Shown one piece after another: positions 35,301-44,347 of a stretch of DNA of 64,000 nucleotides (its first letter is position 1; each line of letters opens with the position of its first letter). Source of the DNA: Amphiscolops sp. MND2022 (lineage: Eukaryota); the NCBI GenBank assembly GCA_964187785.1, contig OZ076409.1, positions 20,214,001 to 20,278,000 on the forward strand, read 5' to 3'. The notes under the pieces are model-generated. The model worked only from the letters and a program-made list of their open reading frames with translations. It was not told the DNA's origin and did no database searches. A program made the position numbers and the translations under genes.

Positions 35301-38300
35301 ACATGCTGAAAGGCAGCCAAAGATACGAGGCGTGCAAGGTTTTAGAGCAAAGTCCGGAGCCAGCGTGTTTCTTTCGAACGCGCTATAAATAGTTTGTCGG
35401 ACTCGAATAATTTAGATTGCGGTTTAAAGTTTAAGCACCAGGTTTTTGGATAGATTCGGAAATTTCCTCGTCCATTTGGGATTAAAGAGATGGCCCTCTG
35501 AAAACACTTCAACCCTCGTTAGATCTTGGGCTGAAAGATCTTTTTGTTGATCGTTTATGGTCACTTCGACCGGACTGAAAACAACGGACGAAAAGCAACT
35601 ATAAAAGTCGTGTTTCATTTCATAAAGAAGTAACGTGGCTAAACTTTCGTTTCATTCATAACGACCGCTGAGGGAAGCCCGTTATCACATGCAACAGTTG
35701 AAAACATAAAAGCCATTTTTCTGTTATTTGCCCTAGCGGACAACAAAAGAACAAGACGCCCGCTGAGGAGCGGGATATTTTCCGCCCCGAACTGTTCTAC
35801 AACTACATAAATTTGAGGCTCAAGAATAACTAATGCACTATAAAAACGCTGAGAAGTTCGAAGAAAAGAAAGCTTCGATTCATCTTGTCCATTTTTCTAA
35901 TTCGCGGTGTCTCAAAAAATGGCAAAAATTGCATAAAAATGTTTAAAAATGAGAAATTTGGGAATTTTTGTCATTTTCGGGGCCATTTTGTCATTAAGGG
36001 GTCATTTTGTCATTAAGGGGTCATTTTCGTCATTTTTTAAAAAAACTTCAAAAATCTCTACAAATACATATCGCACGAAGCTAAATTTATGTGGGTTGAA
36101 TTCTATGGGTAACACCCTTAAATTTAAATATAAATAAAATCTTGGCAAATTTTGTAAAAAAAAAAAAACCCGTTTGATTTAAATATTTTCCTTTCCCATA
36201 TGAAATATGGGCGGAAAATAACAAACCATGAAATTCCCAGTTGAATCGTAGATGTGCACTTCGCCACTTCCAAGCGCGAGAAGCAAGTTTTTGCTGTCAG
36301 GTGACCACTGAAACAAATTTAACTTACAGAATTCAATAAATAACAATCAAACAAGTATATATTTCCAAGTACATACCTCCACGTGAGTTAATGTTTGCTT
36401 CAATTCACGTCCCCACACGCGATTACCATCTACAGAACCCACGATTATGCCACCATCTTCGTATACTATGCTGATCAGCTCGCCTGGTTTGTTCCAAGAC
36501 AAGGACTTAACCACTGACTTGTGTCTGTTGTTGATCATTTCTTCAAACCAGGATCCTGAAAAATAAACATGTTTTGAAAAGCGCCGCGATACAAGAAGAA
36601 GGTCATCGATGATTAAACTGAATAATGCAAACCTTTATGTAGCATCCATACTGTGATCAATCCATTAACATCACTAGTCGTGAGTTTCACATTTTTCTCA
36701 TTCCAAGTAACGACTTGCACAGCTCCTGGAAAAATGCAGGAAATTAAAATTCACAAAAGACCGAGGCAATTTTTTTCTGGACAACGGATCGTCAAAATCT
36801 ACGGGAAAGAAGAAACGAAATGCGTGGTCATGAAAAGAACAAGTCGGAAACGACCAAGTCGGCATACGGCTTAGAAATAGCCAAGCTTTCAAAATTGTTA
36901 CGGGCCGTCTGCTGTTAAATAGAATTCTATTCTCAATGTGCAGAAAATAAACAAGCCGGCATTTCATAAAGCGTTTACTAAAAAGGTTGCCCATCTCAAG
37001 TTATTCAAAAGGGAGAGACCCTTTTGTATCTTCTGGTTTCTAAGACGCCTAAAATTAACAGAAAGCTAAAGGGGAACCCTTTGCAAACTCTCAGATATAA
37101 GGTCAGATTAGAGTACATGCTGTAGAAAATGAACCATTAAGTGTGATGAAGTAATTTCATCTAAATCGTTTTCGGGAAGAACATCTCAAGCCACTAAAGC
37201 CATGTCATGCTGATTACTCTATGGTTTCCCGGAGCATTTTTAAACGTTATTTTCGCCTCTACAGTATGAGGTCTGTCGTCTGAGGGAAAAAGTATTATTG
37301 TGCATAATTATCAGACTTTCTGCTAGAACGAGAATCCTGTGTAAAATATCGGTCAAAATTTCGAACAGAATCGACGAATATCTCACCTAGAAAGAGATCT
37401 CGAGACAAACAAAATAAAAAAATGTGCTCTACCAACGATTCAGAATAAGGCTTACCATTATTACAAGAAAGTCGCCATCGGGAGATTGAAAAAAAGGCCG
37501 ATTGACAAAGAACAAAATAGACATTAAAAATCGGCCTTGATTGTTTGCGACAAGTTTTCCGCTCTTCAGAATGAGAAACGTTGTACGTGAAAAATTGATT
37601 CCTACGAGCTTTCCGCACATTAGAGTTCATCAAATTGCTCCATAATGGAGCTCAAAACTCAATGTAAGGTCAAAATAGTCTACCTGAATGTCCTTCGAGT
37701 GTTTGATTCATCGACAAACTGCTTGGAGCAGCTAGTCCTCTGACTTCCCCATCTAAAACGAACAAGTTTGATTGAGAAACGCTCGCTACTCAAAAGATAG
37801 AAGAGATAGTACACCGTTTCCGTGTTCAGTGAAGCATATAAGATGTTAAATGAACAACCAATGGAAATTGATTAGCTTGCTACAGCAAATCTCAACCAAA
37901 GTGAACGAAACAATAGTGCGTGCAGTATTTTCATTGATGCACACAGCCAAATGAATGGGTTCTAGTGTTTCAAGCAGAAAATTGATTTCATTGTTCAATA
38001 AACAGATTTCATCGTTCAAATTGATTACCTGTCAATCGCAACGAAAAATTCAAGAAACAAAATGAATCAAACATAAAACAAAACGAAATATTAAATACGG
38101 AATTCAGAAATTGAATAATGAACAACAAAAAATAAAGAATTGCAAATGGAAATTGATTCAATTTTCTGCAAATTTCGGCCATACTGAGCAATACTGACGG
38201 ACACTGAGACTTCCACTCAAATACGAATTCTTAATCCGGGTGATTCGCTATTGTATTCTCGGTGAAGTTTCTTTTGCGGAGCAGGGTTTCTCCTTGGGAA

Positions 38301-40327
38301 TGTCGCAAAATATTCAGACGACTATTTTTTTGTTTTCTTGAATATTCTTAGTGACTCTTCACAAGTTTGGATTTTTTGTGCCAATTTTTTGTTTCGACAG
38401 CATGTTCCAAATTTCGCAAAAATTAGTTGTTCGGAATGTCACAAGTCTGCCAAAAACATTCCATATCTCTATTCCGAGGGATCCAAAAACGCAAAATTGG
38501 GAAACAGTCCAGAAATTTTTGGACATTTAGGAACAGAAAAATTAAATATTGGCACTCATTCTTGAAAAGTTGGAATTGCGACCGTAGTTCCCATGAAGAC
38601 AAAAAGGCATATTCTGTCGAAAAATTGCTCAACTGTCATGTCGGGGCGGAGGTGAATGGGCGCTCGGATAATTCTTATTTATTTTAGAGACAATCATTTA
38701 TATTGTTGAAAAACGACGGGGAAATTGTGATAAATGTTTAAAATGAAACTTTTAAAATGAACTAAATTAGCGCAAAATTGTCAAGTTGTTGTTGATCAAC
38801 CCTATGTGTGTCAGTAGAAATATTCATACAGCAACGTGATCCACAATCTTTAGTAATGCATCTGTAATATTGAACATCAGCGTGCTTTTAATTTTTTCGA
38901 ACAAAAATCTACCAATCTGCTTCGTCGAGGTAGAAAGAGAATCAGAGAATTGATTTTCCGTCTCATTTGCCGTGGTACCAACCGATTGTCGCACTTTTGG
39001 GCCTGGCGCATTTTGCAACAACCCAATCCTGTCTGGAAGAATGTGTTGATGAAATGAAAATCAAAACATGAACGCTTTGGAAAGTAACACGTGTCGTGTG
39101 CTTTTCTGTTCAGTCTACATTTCGAATGCATTTGAAGCTGCTGAGAGAAAAATCGAATCTTTTCGTAGTATTTGACAGAAGCGAAGAAAGTTGACTGAAA
39201 AGATAACGACAACAAAGTCGGCACAGAAACTCAATTCGAATTGAAGCTTGGAGAAATTTACAAAAACTGTTTATTAATGATTGAAACTTAACAATTTATC
39301 AAAGATATTACAATGAGATATACAAAATATGAAATATTGTTGAATAATTAATTTACGATGTGTCACTTTATGATTACTTGCAAGTTAAAGCCACGTGTTT
39401 TTGCTTTGATGTAACGATGGTCTATTAAATATTTAAGGATTTGAGAATTAGCACGCAATTTGACTGACCACTTTTCTGAAAATGAGACCTGAATTGAGTT
39501 CAACTTTCAACTACAGTGTAGGACGCTGAAAATTTGCAAAACGACATTCAAAATTCACGAACCAATCAGATGAAAGATTAAATTTTCTAAATAGACATTC
39601 AAAGTTCCCAAATCGACATTCAATTTTAGTAATCCCCTAGCAGACTGCTCGCATACCGCTGGTAATTAAGATTGAAAGTTTGCTCGGCTATGCGAAGCAG
39701 AGTTTTCATTCTTTCTACCTCTCTAGTAGCATGATAGTAGGGTACGCTAAATTTGAATGTCTACCTTGTTAAAATTGAATGTCTAATTTTTGGAATTAGC
39801 CAATTGGAATCAAGAATGATAAAACAGACTGATTTTGGAAAACAAAATTGAATGTCGTTTTGCAAATTTTCAACGTCCTACACTGTAATTTCAAACTATC
39901 AAATCGCTTGTTGCTGGTTTCTGGTTATTGAACAATGAATTTAATTTTCTGCGTGCAACGCTTTGTTCAGTAAACGGACACCAAATGAAAGAAATCTTGG
40001 TCACTTTCTATACTTTGCTTTAATTGACAGCTGAAATGGTTCCCATAGCTTGTGATTGTAAAGCGCTTTCAGCTTGGAGGCCTGTGATAGGCTCAAATTT
40101 TGAAACGATAGCCGAGACGGCTCACTTAACATGCGATGCTAACTGAACGCGGAAACGGTGCAACAGACTGGAGAAAAATTCTTACCCGTTTGAGATTCCA
40201 GCTTCAGAACTTTCAAGAGTCCATCATCTCCACCACAGGCGATGTAGCCTTTCTCCTTATTCCAACATATGGACTTGAGAGCCACATTATTGGGAATGGC
40301 AATCTTTTTCGACAAATAGATAAACAT
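2179..40327 (-). CDS. WDR35: WD repeat-containing protein 35 / IFT121 (IFT-A subunit), 24 coding exons, about 1198 aa
   Basis: Starts [14 protein letters not shown]...[15 protein letters not shown]; contains [67 protein letters not shown] and ends CVATGRP...WVCPSCKH...CPLCH. Exons (5'->3'): 40186-40327, 37684-37752, 36633-36725, 36377-36555, 36227-36307, 33214-33370, 32262-32407, 31876-32001, 30622-30874, 26822-26963, 24870-25136, 23589-23637, 17409-17570, 16801-16996, 16060-16081, 15080-15283, 14327-14473, 12950-13145, 11881-12093, 4334-4471, 3728-3854, 3101-3311, 2814-2888, 2179-2380. Total 3597 nt, phases continuous. Confidence 0.96.
2426..2787 (+). mobile_element. Helentron/HINE-like element in WDR35 intron 23
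   Basis: TTTTTAGTCGGCGC start; GAGCCTTAGATATAGCGCCGACTTT end. Confidence 0.62.
2814..2888 (-). CDS. WDR35: WDR35 coding exon 23
   Basis: [26 protein letters not shown]; ttcag acceptor, gtaag donor, phase 2-2. Confidence 0.88.
3101..3311 (-). CDS. WDR35: WDR35 coding exon 22
   Basis: [10 protein letters not shown]...[17 protein letters not shown]...SKAFVKLE...SIFI. Confidence 0.94.
3728..3854 (-). CDS. WDR35: WDR35 coding exon 21
   Basis: ALSGLLDDD...[22 protein letters not shown]. Confidence 0.94.
4334..4471 (-). CDS. WDR35: WDR35 coding exon 20
   Basis: [27 protein letters not shown]...KNKD. Confidence 0.92.
5669..5878 (-). mobile_element. Short dispersed repeat, possibly a non-autonomous Helitron
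   Basis: Close copy at about 34147-34350, partial copies near 4730-4800 and 54545-54587; minus-strand end GCTG-TAA-CAGC hairpin ... CTAG followed by T. Confidence 0.5.
6321..8071 (+). mobile_element. Cluster of Helentron/HINE-like non-autonomous elements inside the hAT element
   Basis: 5' ends TTTTTAGTCGGCGC at 6321 and 6896; 3' ends GCGCCGACTTT + hairpin + TGTT at about 6887, 7506 and 8071; internal AAAGGGTCCCCC and TTTTCGGCACTGTGCGAC repeats. Confidence 0.7.
8072..8902 (-). pseudogene. hAT transposase pseudogene (BED-like finger and catalytic N-terminal half)
   Basis: ECRC...[23 protein letters not shown], then past an in-frame stop at 8325-27 [10 protein letters not shown]...[14 protein letters not shown] (hAT D, D and CxxH motifs); frameshift near the ATG at 8902; cut by a repeat insertion at about 8071. 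Confidence 0.88.
9790..10934 (-). mobile_element. Two nested Helentron/HINE-like elements
   Basis: Two 5' subterminal motifs (about 10934 and 10880) and two 3' hairpin ends (10351 and 9790) on the minus strand. Confidence 0.7.
11881..12093 (-). CDS. WDR35: WDR35 coding exon 19
   Basis: [18 protein letters not shown]...AVELYKKA...KLFE. Confidence 0.94.
12950..13145 (-). CDS. WDR35: WDR35 coding exon 18
   Basis: [21 protein letters not shown]...[13 protein letters not shown]. Confidence 0.94.
13419..13982. mobile_element. piggyBac-like MITE, family P1
   Basis: TIR CCCTAAATGGAC / GTCCATTTAGGG, flanked by ATAA and TTAA; body homologous to 32650-33178, 35026-35481, 41004-41403 and 46246-46733. 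Confidence 0.75.
14327..14473 (-). CDS. WDR35: WDR35 coding exon 17 (GC donor)
   Basis: [20 protein letters not shown]...[13 protein letters not shown]; ends TG|gcaagt. Confidence 0.9.
15080..15283 (-). CDS. WDR35: WDR35 coding exon 16
   Basis: [34 protein letters not shown]...EMDRK. Confidence 0.93.
15347..15405. repeat. Perfect 21-bp inverted repeat with 17-nt loop
   Basis: AGAGTCTACGTTGAAATGACT / AGTCATTTCAACGTAGACTCT. Confidence 0.9.
15477..15856. mobile_element. hAT-type MITE
   Basis: 11-bp TIR CAGGGTTGGCT / AGCCAACCCTG; perfect 8-bp TSD ATAACAAC (15469-76 and 15857-64). Confidence 0.88.
16060..16081 (-). CDS. WDR35: WDR35 coding exon 15 (22-nt microexon)
   Basis: ttccag|ACAATCCTCATCCTCGACTCTG|gttagt encodes DNPHPRLW. 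Confidence 0.92.
16801..16996 (-). CDS. WDR35: WDR35 coding exon 14
   Basis: [15 protein letters not shown]...RSLRD...KQYIQ. Confidence 0.94.
17409..17570 (-). CDS. WDR35: WDR35 coding exon 13
   Basis: EATSVDAAG...[15 protein letters not shown]...[15 protein letters not shown]. Confidence 0.94.
17746..18847 (+). mobile_element. Two nested Helentron/HINE-like elements
   Basis: Tandem 5' motifs AGTCGGCGCTTCATGAAG at 17751 and 17801; 3' ends at about 18447 and 18847. Confidence 0.7.
20514..23379 (-). CDS. Secreted or membrane-anchored C-type-lectin plus Cys-rich (ShK-like) repeat protein, 3 exons, about 823 aa, nested in WDR35 intron 12
   Basis: Exons 23038-23379, 22708-22857 and 20514-22493, all phase 0 with gttagt/gtaagt donors and tag/cag acceptors. 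Hydrophobic signal peptide [28 protein letters not shown]-like CPAFW..CY..A..LC..YWIG..C..C..FVC; about 10 six-Cys repeats ending CxxxCC; S/T-rich linkers; RKRR and RKKR; hydrophobic C-terminus [15 protein letters not shown]. Confidence 0.85.
23589..23637 (-). CDS. WDR35: WDR35 coding exon 12 (49 nt)
   Basis: [17 protein letters not shown]; tttcag acceptor, gtaagt donor; restores phase between exons 11 and 13. Confidence 0.92.
23683..24316. mobile_element. TA-flanked MITE (23898-24256) nested in an older copy of the same family
   Basis: Inner TA|CTAGGTGAACCAAAAAAACGGAACGTACAAAAATTT...GGTTCACCTAG|TA; outer degenerate TIRs CTGGGTGAACC (23683) and ATTCACCTAG (24316). Confidence 0.7.
24870..25136 (-). 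CDS. WDR35: WDR35 coding exon 11
   Basis: LIHIDA...[28 protein letters not shown]...INCNS. Confidence 0.93.
25735..26630. repeat. Foldback-like element with inverted AAAACTCAACAC arrays
   Basis: AACTCAACAC x5 at 25737-25804 and GTGTTGAGTTT x5 at about 26544-26629. Confidence 0.6.
26822..26963 (-). CDS. WDR35: WDR35 coding exon 10
   Basis: [25 protein letters not shown]...KELKER; different frame from the listed ORF. Confidence 0.9.
27158..27656 (+). mobile_element. Helentron/HINE-like element
   Basis: TTTTTAGTCGGAGC...CCCGAC start; GGCACCGACTTTAGACGTTCCCGTCTTGTT end. Confidence 0.65.
27820..28365. mobile_element. piggyBac-like MITE, family P2 (inverted, diverged copy)
   Basis: TTAA|CCCTAA...TTAGGG|TTAA; reverse-complement relative of 28370-28961. 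Confidence 0.75.
28370..28961. mobile_element. piggyBac-like MITE, family P2
   Basis: TTAA|CCCCAATCGACCT...AGGTTCATTGGGG|TTAA. Confidence 0.82.
29088..29682. mobile_element. piggyBac-like MITE, family P2 (near-identical to 28370-28961)
   Basis: Same TIRs, own TTAA flanks; differs by a 3-nt indel and a few substitutions. Confidence 0.82.
30012..30498 (-). mobile_element. Helentron/HINE-like element
   Basis: AACAAGACGAGAACGTCTAAAGTC at left; GCCGACTAAAAA at right. Confidence 0.65.
30622..30874 (-). CDS. WDR35: WDR35 coding exon 9
   Basis: [10 protein letters not shown]...[18 protein letters not shown]. Confidence 0.93.
31876..32001 (-). CDS. WDR35: WDR35 coding exon 8
   Basis: HLRSLRVPG...[26 protein letters not shown]. 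Confidence 0.95.
32262..32407 (-). CDS. WDR35: WDR35 coding exon 7
   Basis: EPVLIDTNM...[12 protein letters not shown]...IQFFSHNGE. Confidence 0.94.
32650..33178. mobile_element. piggyBac-like MITE, family P1
   Basis: TTAA|CCTTAACTTGGCCA...TGGCCAACTTAAGG|TTAA. Confidence 0.8.
33214..33370 (-). CDS. WDR35: WDR35 coding exon 6
   Basis: SKVQTD...WYNGTGG...[19 protein letters not shown]. Confidence 0.92.
33994..34520. repeat. Foldback-like element with inverted arrays of about 23-nt units
   Basis: GACATTTCGTAC units on the left, TTGTACGAAATGTC units on the right; GCAC(C)ACGACAATTC / GAATTGTCGTGCC ends. Confidence 0.6.
34147..34350 (-). mobile_element. Second copy of the putative Helitron-like short repeat
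   Basis: CTAGCTTTTAGTGCTGTTACAGCC...GCTGACTACGTTATAATAATAA shared with 5669-5878. Confidence 0.5.
35026..35481. mobile_element. piggyBac-like MITE, family P1
   Basis: CCCTAAATGGACG...CGTCCATTTGGGA|TTAA; same body as 13419. Confidence 0.7.
36227..36307 (-). CDS. WDR35: WDR35 coding exon 5
   Basis: [27 protein letters not shown]. Confidence 0.93.
36377..36555 (-). CDS. WDR35: WDR35 coding exon 4
   Basis: [16 protein letters not shown]...[12 protein letters not shown]...THVE. Confidence 0.95.
36633..36725 (-). CDS. WDR35: WDR35 coding exon 3
   Basis: [31 protein letters not shown]. Confidence 0.93.
37684..37752 (-). CDS. WDR35: WDR35 coding exon 2
   Basis: [23 protein letters not shown]; ttttag acceptor, gtag donor. 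Confidence 0.93.
39514..39885. mobile_element. Tc1/mariner-type MITE in WDR35 intron 1
   Basis: TA|CAGTGTAGGACGCTGAAAATTTGCAAAACGACATTCAA and its reverse complement|TA; about 38-bp TIR with 1 mismatch. Confidence 0.85.
40186..40327 (-). CDS. WDR35: WDR35 coding exon 1
   Basis: [12 protein letters not shown]...KLESQT, G|gtaag donor. Confidence 0.95.
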
Positions 40328-41003
40328 CTATCTGAAAAAAGTGTACGTCAATAAAAAATCGATTTCGAGTTCATTCAAACCTGAGAGCTCGAAAACTTTA
40401 CAATGGTGATTGCACTTCACAGTACTCTACGCTCCTCCTTTGTCGGGGTTCCCACATAACTTCGGACTGTAAAAACATAGATCTTCCTTCATAATTCTAA
40501 CAATTGCGTCCAGGTGTTCATTCAACGTAATCGTCTTTTTTAAAGCATTTTCAGCACAAATAGCTTCTTAGTCTCTTTGGGTGGTAAGAATGAAAACAGG
40601 TGGGCGGTTCGTATCCTAACCTGGGTGACCTTTCAACTGGAGCTTTTACATTGCAAAAGAACTTGTACACTGACTTGATGGGTAGGAGAATCTTTGCACT
40701 GGAGAACACCAACTGAAGAACCACTTATTCAGTAAACCGGTTTCTATTATTAGTCTTTATCAACTATTGCGCTTATGACTGATGTCATTTCGCTCAAGCG
40801 GCACTTTTCGGAAAACAATCTGGCGCCAAAACTATTTGAATTTTGGATACAATTTGGATAAAACATTACTCCAGCATAACAACTGTTTCGTTCTAACAGT
40901 TTGATGGAAGTGGGCTTTGAATTCTACCTGATGGGACTTTTGTCCACTTGAACGTCCAACATATGAGCCATGATTGCACTTATTCGAATATTCCGTCAGT
41001 TTC

Positions 41004-41403
41004 GCGCTAAATGGACGAGAAAATTTCCAGAGGTATCCAAAAATCTGGTGCTTAAACTTTAAACCGCAATCTAAATTATTCGAGTCCGACAAACTATTTA
41101 TAGCGCTCATCGGCTCCGGGCTTTGCGCCAAAACCTTACATGCCTCGTGTCTCTGACTGCATTTCAGCACCCAATCTTGGCCAAAAACGGAAACTGGAAA
41201 AACCGAAAATCTGCGCTCCATTTTTTTGGTCCCTTTTTTTAAATTTTGGAGACATCAAGTCAATATTCCGTTAAAAGGCGTGCAATGCTGCAATATCGTC
41301 TGAAAATCCTATTCAAGAGTTTTCTTTACCATACGGTCAGCTGGTGCCTTCAGAAGTTTGCAGAAACTAACTGGTACGAAATCGTACCAACGTCCATTTA
41401 GGG
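41004..41403. mobile_element. piggyBac-like MITE, family P1 (inverted copy)
   Basis: CTAAATGGACG...CGTCCATTTAGGG; body is the reverse complement of the 13419 copy. Confidence 0.65.
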
Positions 41404-42436
41404 TTAGGTAACCTAATTAACGGCTCAGAGTGTCCTCCAACCTCGAGGATTGACAGTTCAGCCCAGCAATAAGCCACTTTTTCAATTCGCCTGTTAAGTG
41501 CTGGATAAACCACGGGACTGAAAAGGAATGATGAATTTACTCTTCAGCGAAGGAGTCCGGAATTTTCAAATCCAAATCCAGAAACGCACGTTCTGGTCCG
41601 AGAGCTTGGTTTGGCGTAACCGAAACTGACTTCCCCATTTAAAACCGAAACAAGTTTGAGAAAAACACGGATACTAATACGGAAAGGACAAACTTTCTTA
41701 CCCGTATGGGATTCCTTCATTGACGAAAATCCTAGAAAACTTGAAGGAAGAACAAGTTTTGCAAGCTTGAATAATCTGAACAACTATTTCTAGTCAAAAT
41801 GAAAGGATGATGCTATGGTAGTGAAAATACTCTAACAAATGGTCTAATTTCAATCGAACAATGCTTAGAAAGGTGTAATTCACAATCATTCCACTCTCGC
41901 CTAAGTAAGTCAAGAAACTATCGCGAAAGAAGTTGTAACAGAAAACCCTTCTTGAGTTCAGGGAAAAATTTATTCAACAAAGGGTTGTTATTTGATGAGT
42001 ATATCGTTGATCACGGACGTAACAACTTTTGCTGTATTGTGTTCTTTATTCATCGATTATTCGCGTATAATTGCTTGCTTGCCGACACAGTTCGAAATTA
42101 ACTGAAACCAACCATTTTCTCAAATTAACAATTGCAGGTTTACCAACTCGATTTTTCAAAAAAAATCTCAGAATTCTATAAGTTTCCAAAATCAGCTCTT
42201 GATTGCGTTTTATAAAAAATTCAAAAAATGTATGTCGAATGCAATTTTATGATTGGCATTCAAAACGTTTTCAATTGTAGATTTCTTTTCAGACGTTGAG
42301 CCCAATAAATGAATTTAACTCAATATTATAGGGAAAATTTGCTTAAAATAACTGAAACATGAAAATTCACTGAGGATTTTAACTATTGCGAAGAATTAAT
42401 TCGAAGATATAATAACTATTATGACCACATAAATTG

Positions 42437-43327
42437 TCAAAGTTTTTTGGAATTGCCAGGGTAATCAGTGGAGTTTGGTGAACTATGGCGTTTCCGTGTT
42501 CGAAAGCATGTTTCACATAAATCATGGCTCAGCTTTCCATCACGAGGAATGAAAGGAGATTTGCATATGACGCATTTTTTTTCAGCAAGTTTTTCCGAAT
42601 ATTCTGGGTGATACATACGCATGTGCAGAACACGGGGCCCGTTTTTATCAAAAAGCTGATCACAGAAGAGACATCTCTGAGTGAAACTACTTTCGTCGCC
42701 AGGTTTGTGAGCAACTTCATGGTTTTCTAGAGATCCTTCATCCATGAAGGCTTTCCTGCAAATTCGGCAATTAAAAAGATTATGCTTGTTGTGGGTAAAG
42801 TGCCAGTGTTTTTCGTACTTTGTTTCCGAGGCCAGTACGGCAGGGCAATCCGGACACTGGAATAAAGTTGCACCTTCGAAAGGTTTGCACTCATGTTTGT
42901 TCAGCATGTAGACACTATCAAAAGATCGATCACAGTCTTTGCACACTTGAATGTTCATCATTTCTTCGTGCTTTATTTGCGAATGCAATACATAGGCCCT
43001 GTAACTAGCGAAGTTCTTGCCACATCTCTGACAGAAGTAATTTTCGGTTCTATTGTCTACTTTGGAGAAAGGTATTGATCCGTTTTCATGCGCTTCTTTG
43101 TGTTGAATATAATTCGAATGCTGGGTAAAAACTTTCATACAATACTCGCAAACCCGATGATACTGCTCAAACTTCTCCGGATGTGATTGCATTGCATGTT
43201 GCTCTTTGGAAGCCAGAGTTTTGAACCTTTTGCCACACTCTTCGCATTGGAATGGTTTCCCATACCCATGACTGGATGTACTAGCATATGCGTCATGCTC
43301 TCCGTAGTAATATCCCTCGGACGCCAT
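42437..43327 (-). CDS. C2H2 zinc-finger protein (7 C2H2/C2HC fingers plus a C-terminal CxxC...CxxC), single coding exon visible
   Basis: Fingers such as CEECGKRF..H....H, CEYCMKVF..HKEAH, CRICRKAF..HEVAH. ATG at 43327; an upstream ttttag acceptor at 43345-46 means an additional upstream exon is possible. Confidence 0.88.
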   Translation of the reverse strand: MASEGYYYGEHDAYASTSSHGYGKPFQCEECGKRFKTLASKEQHAMQSHPEKFEQYHRVCEYCMKVFTQHSNYIQHKEAHENGSIPFSKVDNRTENYFCQRCGKNFASYRAYVLHSQIKHEEMMNIQVCKDCDRSFDSVYMLNKHECKPFEGATLFQCPDCPAVLASETKYEKHWHFTHNKHNLFNCRICRKAFMDEGSLENHEVAHKPGDESSFTQRCLFCDQLFDKNGPRVLHMRMYHPEYSEKLAEKKCVICKSPFIPRDGKLSHDLCETCFRTRKRHSSPNSTDYPGNSKKL

Positions 43328-43796
43328 CAAAGTAACATTTGCATCTAAAAACTGTCCAACAGAATGTCAGAGTGTTCTCGTTTGCTTATCCTATCAAAAA
43401 TTGAGCGTAGATGGTTCTATTCGAGAAACTCTTTAAAGCGAATGCGGGACTAAACAGCCGGTTTTCAGGACCAGACGAAAAGGCTGATTTGTAAAACGGG
43501 AAAAACAGTCGATTTGAGACGAAGACAGAAAAATGAAAAGGTGAAAATTACCCTTTGTAGTCAAATTTACAGAAAAAGTTGCCGCTGTTAAGCAAAATTC
43601 AATTGCCTGCGTTTAGAAATATATGTATTAAAGTACCTTGAAGACCAAAGACATGTAACCGAAAGTTGAAATGTCCAATATAAGAAAACTATTCCACTTT
43701 GTGCAATTTAGCTTTGAATACGCATTTGTCAAAAAACAACAGGCTATTTTCTGCTTCCGGGCTCAGCGCTTGTTTTTAGCCGGTGCTTTTGCTAGT

Positions 43797-44347
43797 AACA
43801 AGCCGGGAACGGCCAAAGTCGGCGCTATATCGAAGGCTCAAAATTGTAAAAGGGGGGACCCTTTGGGCTTTGTAAAACTCCAGTTGGTTGTAAAATAGGA
43901 AAAAAATTAAAGGACCATTGGGAAATTTTTAAAAAAATTTCCGAAAAAAAAAATTTAAAATGAGATTTTTGAACATTGTCACAGAGCCAAAAAATGTGAA
44001 AGGGGGACCCTTTGAGATTTTTTGACATCCATTCTGTTGCAAAATATTTTAAAAAAGTTGAAGGGGAGACCCTTTGGTGGAATCCAAAAAGCTTCAAAAA
44101 AAGTCGCATACTGCCGAAAAAAATCCGAGTGAAAAAACGAGGGGGGATCCAATGTTATCGATGTTCTGGACGTCGATGTTTTTGTTGTGGACAAGGTTCT
44201 GACGTTTCGAGTATGCTTTGGACGTCCGTAGTTCAAATTGATGATGTTGAACAAATGAACAGAAAAGTGGACAGATCGCGTTGAACTGACGAAAAATAAC
44301 TAGCCACTGTAAGAGTCGGGATTTTCTTCGAAAACGCCGACTAAAAA
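43797..44347 (-). mobile_element. Helentron/HINE-like element
   Basis: AACAAGCCGGGAACGGCCAAAGTCGGCGC at left; CGCCGACTAAAA at right. Confidence 0.65.

Noticed and set aside
35960..36035. Short tandem repeat of TTGTCATTAAGGGGTCATT
   Set aside because: Ordinary intronic minisatellite of a few degenerate units.
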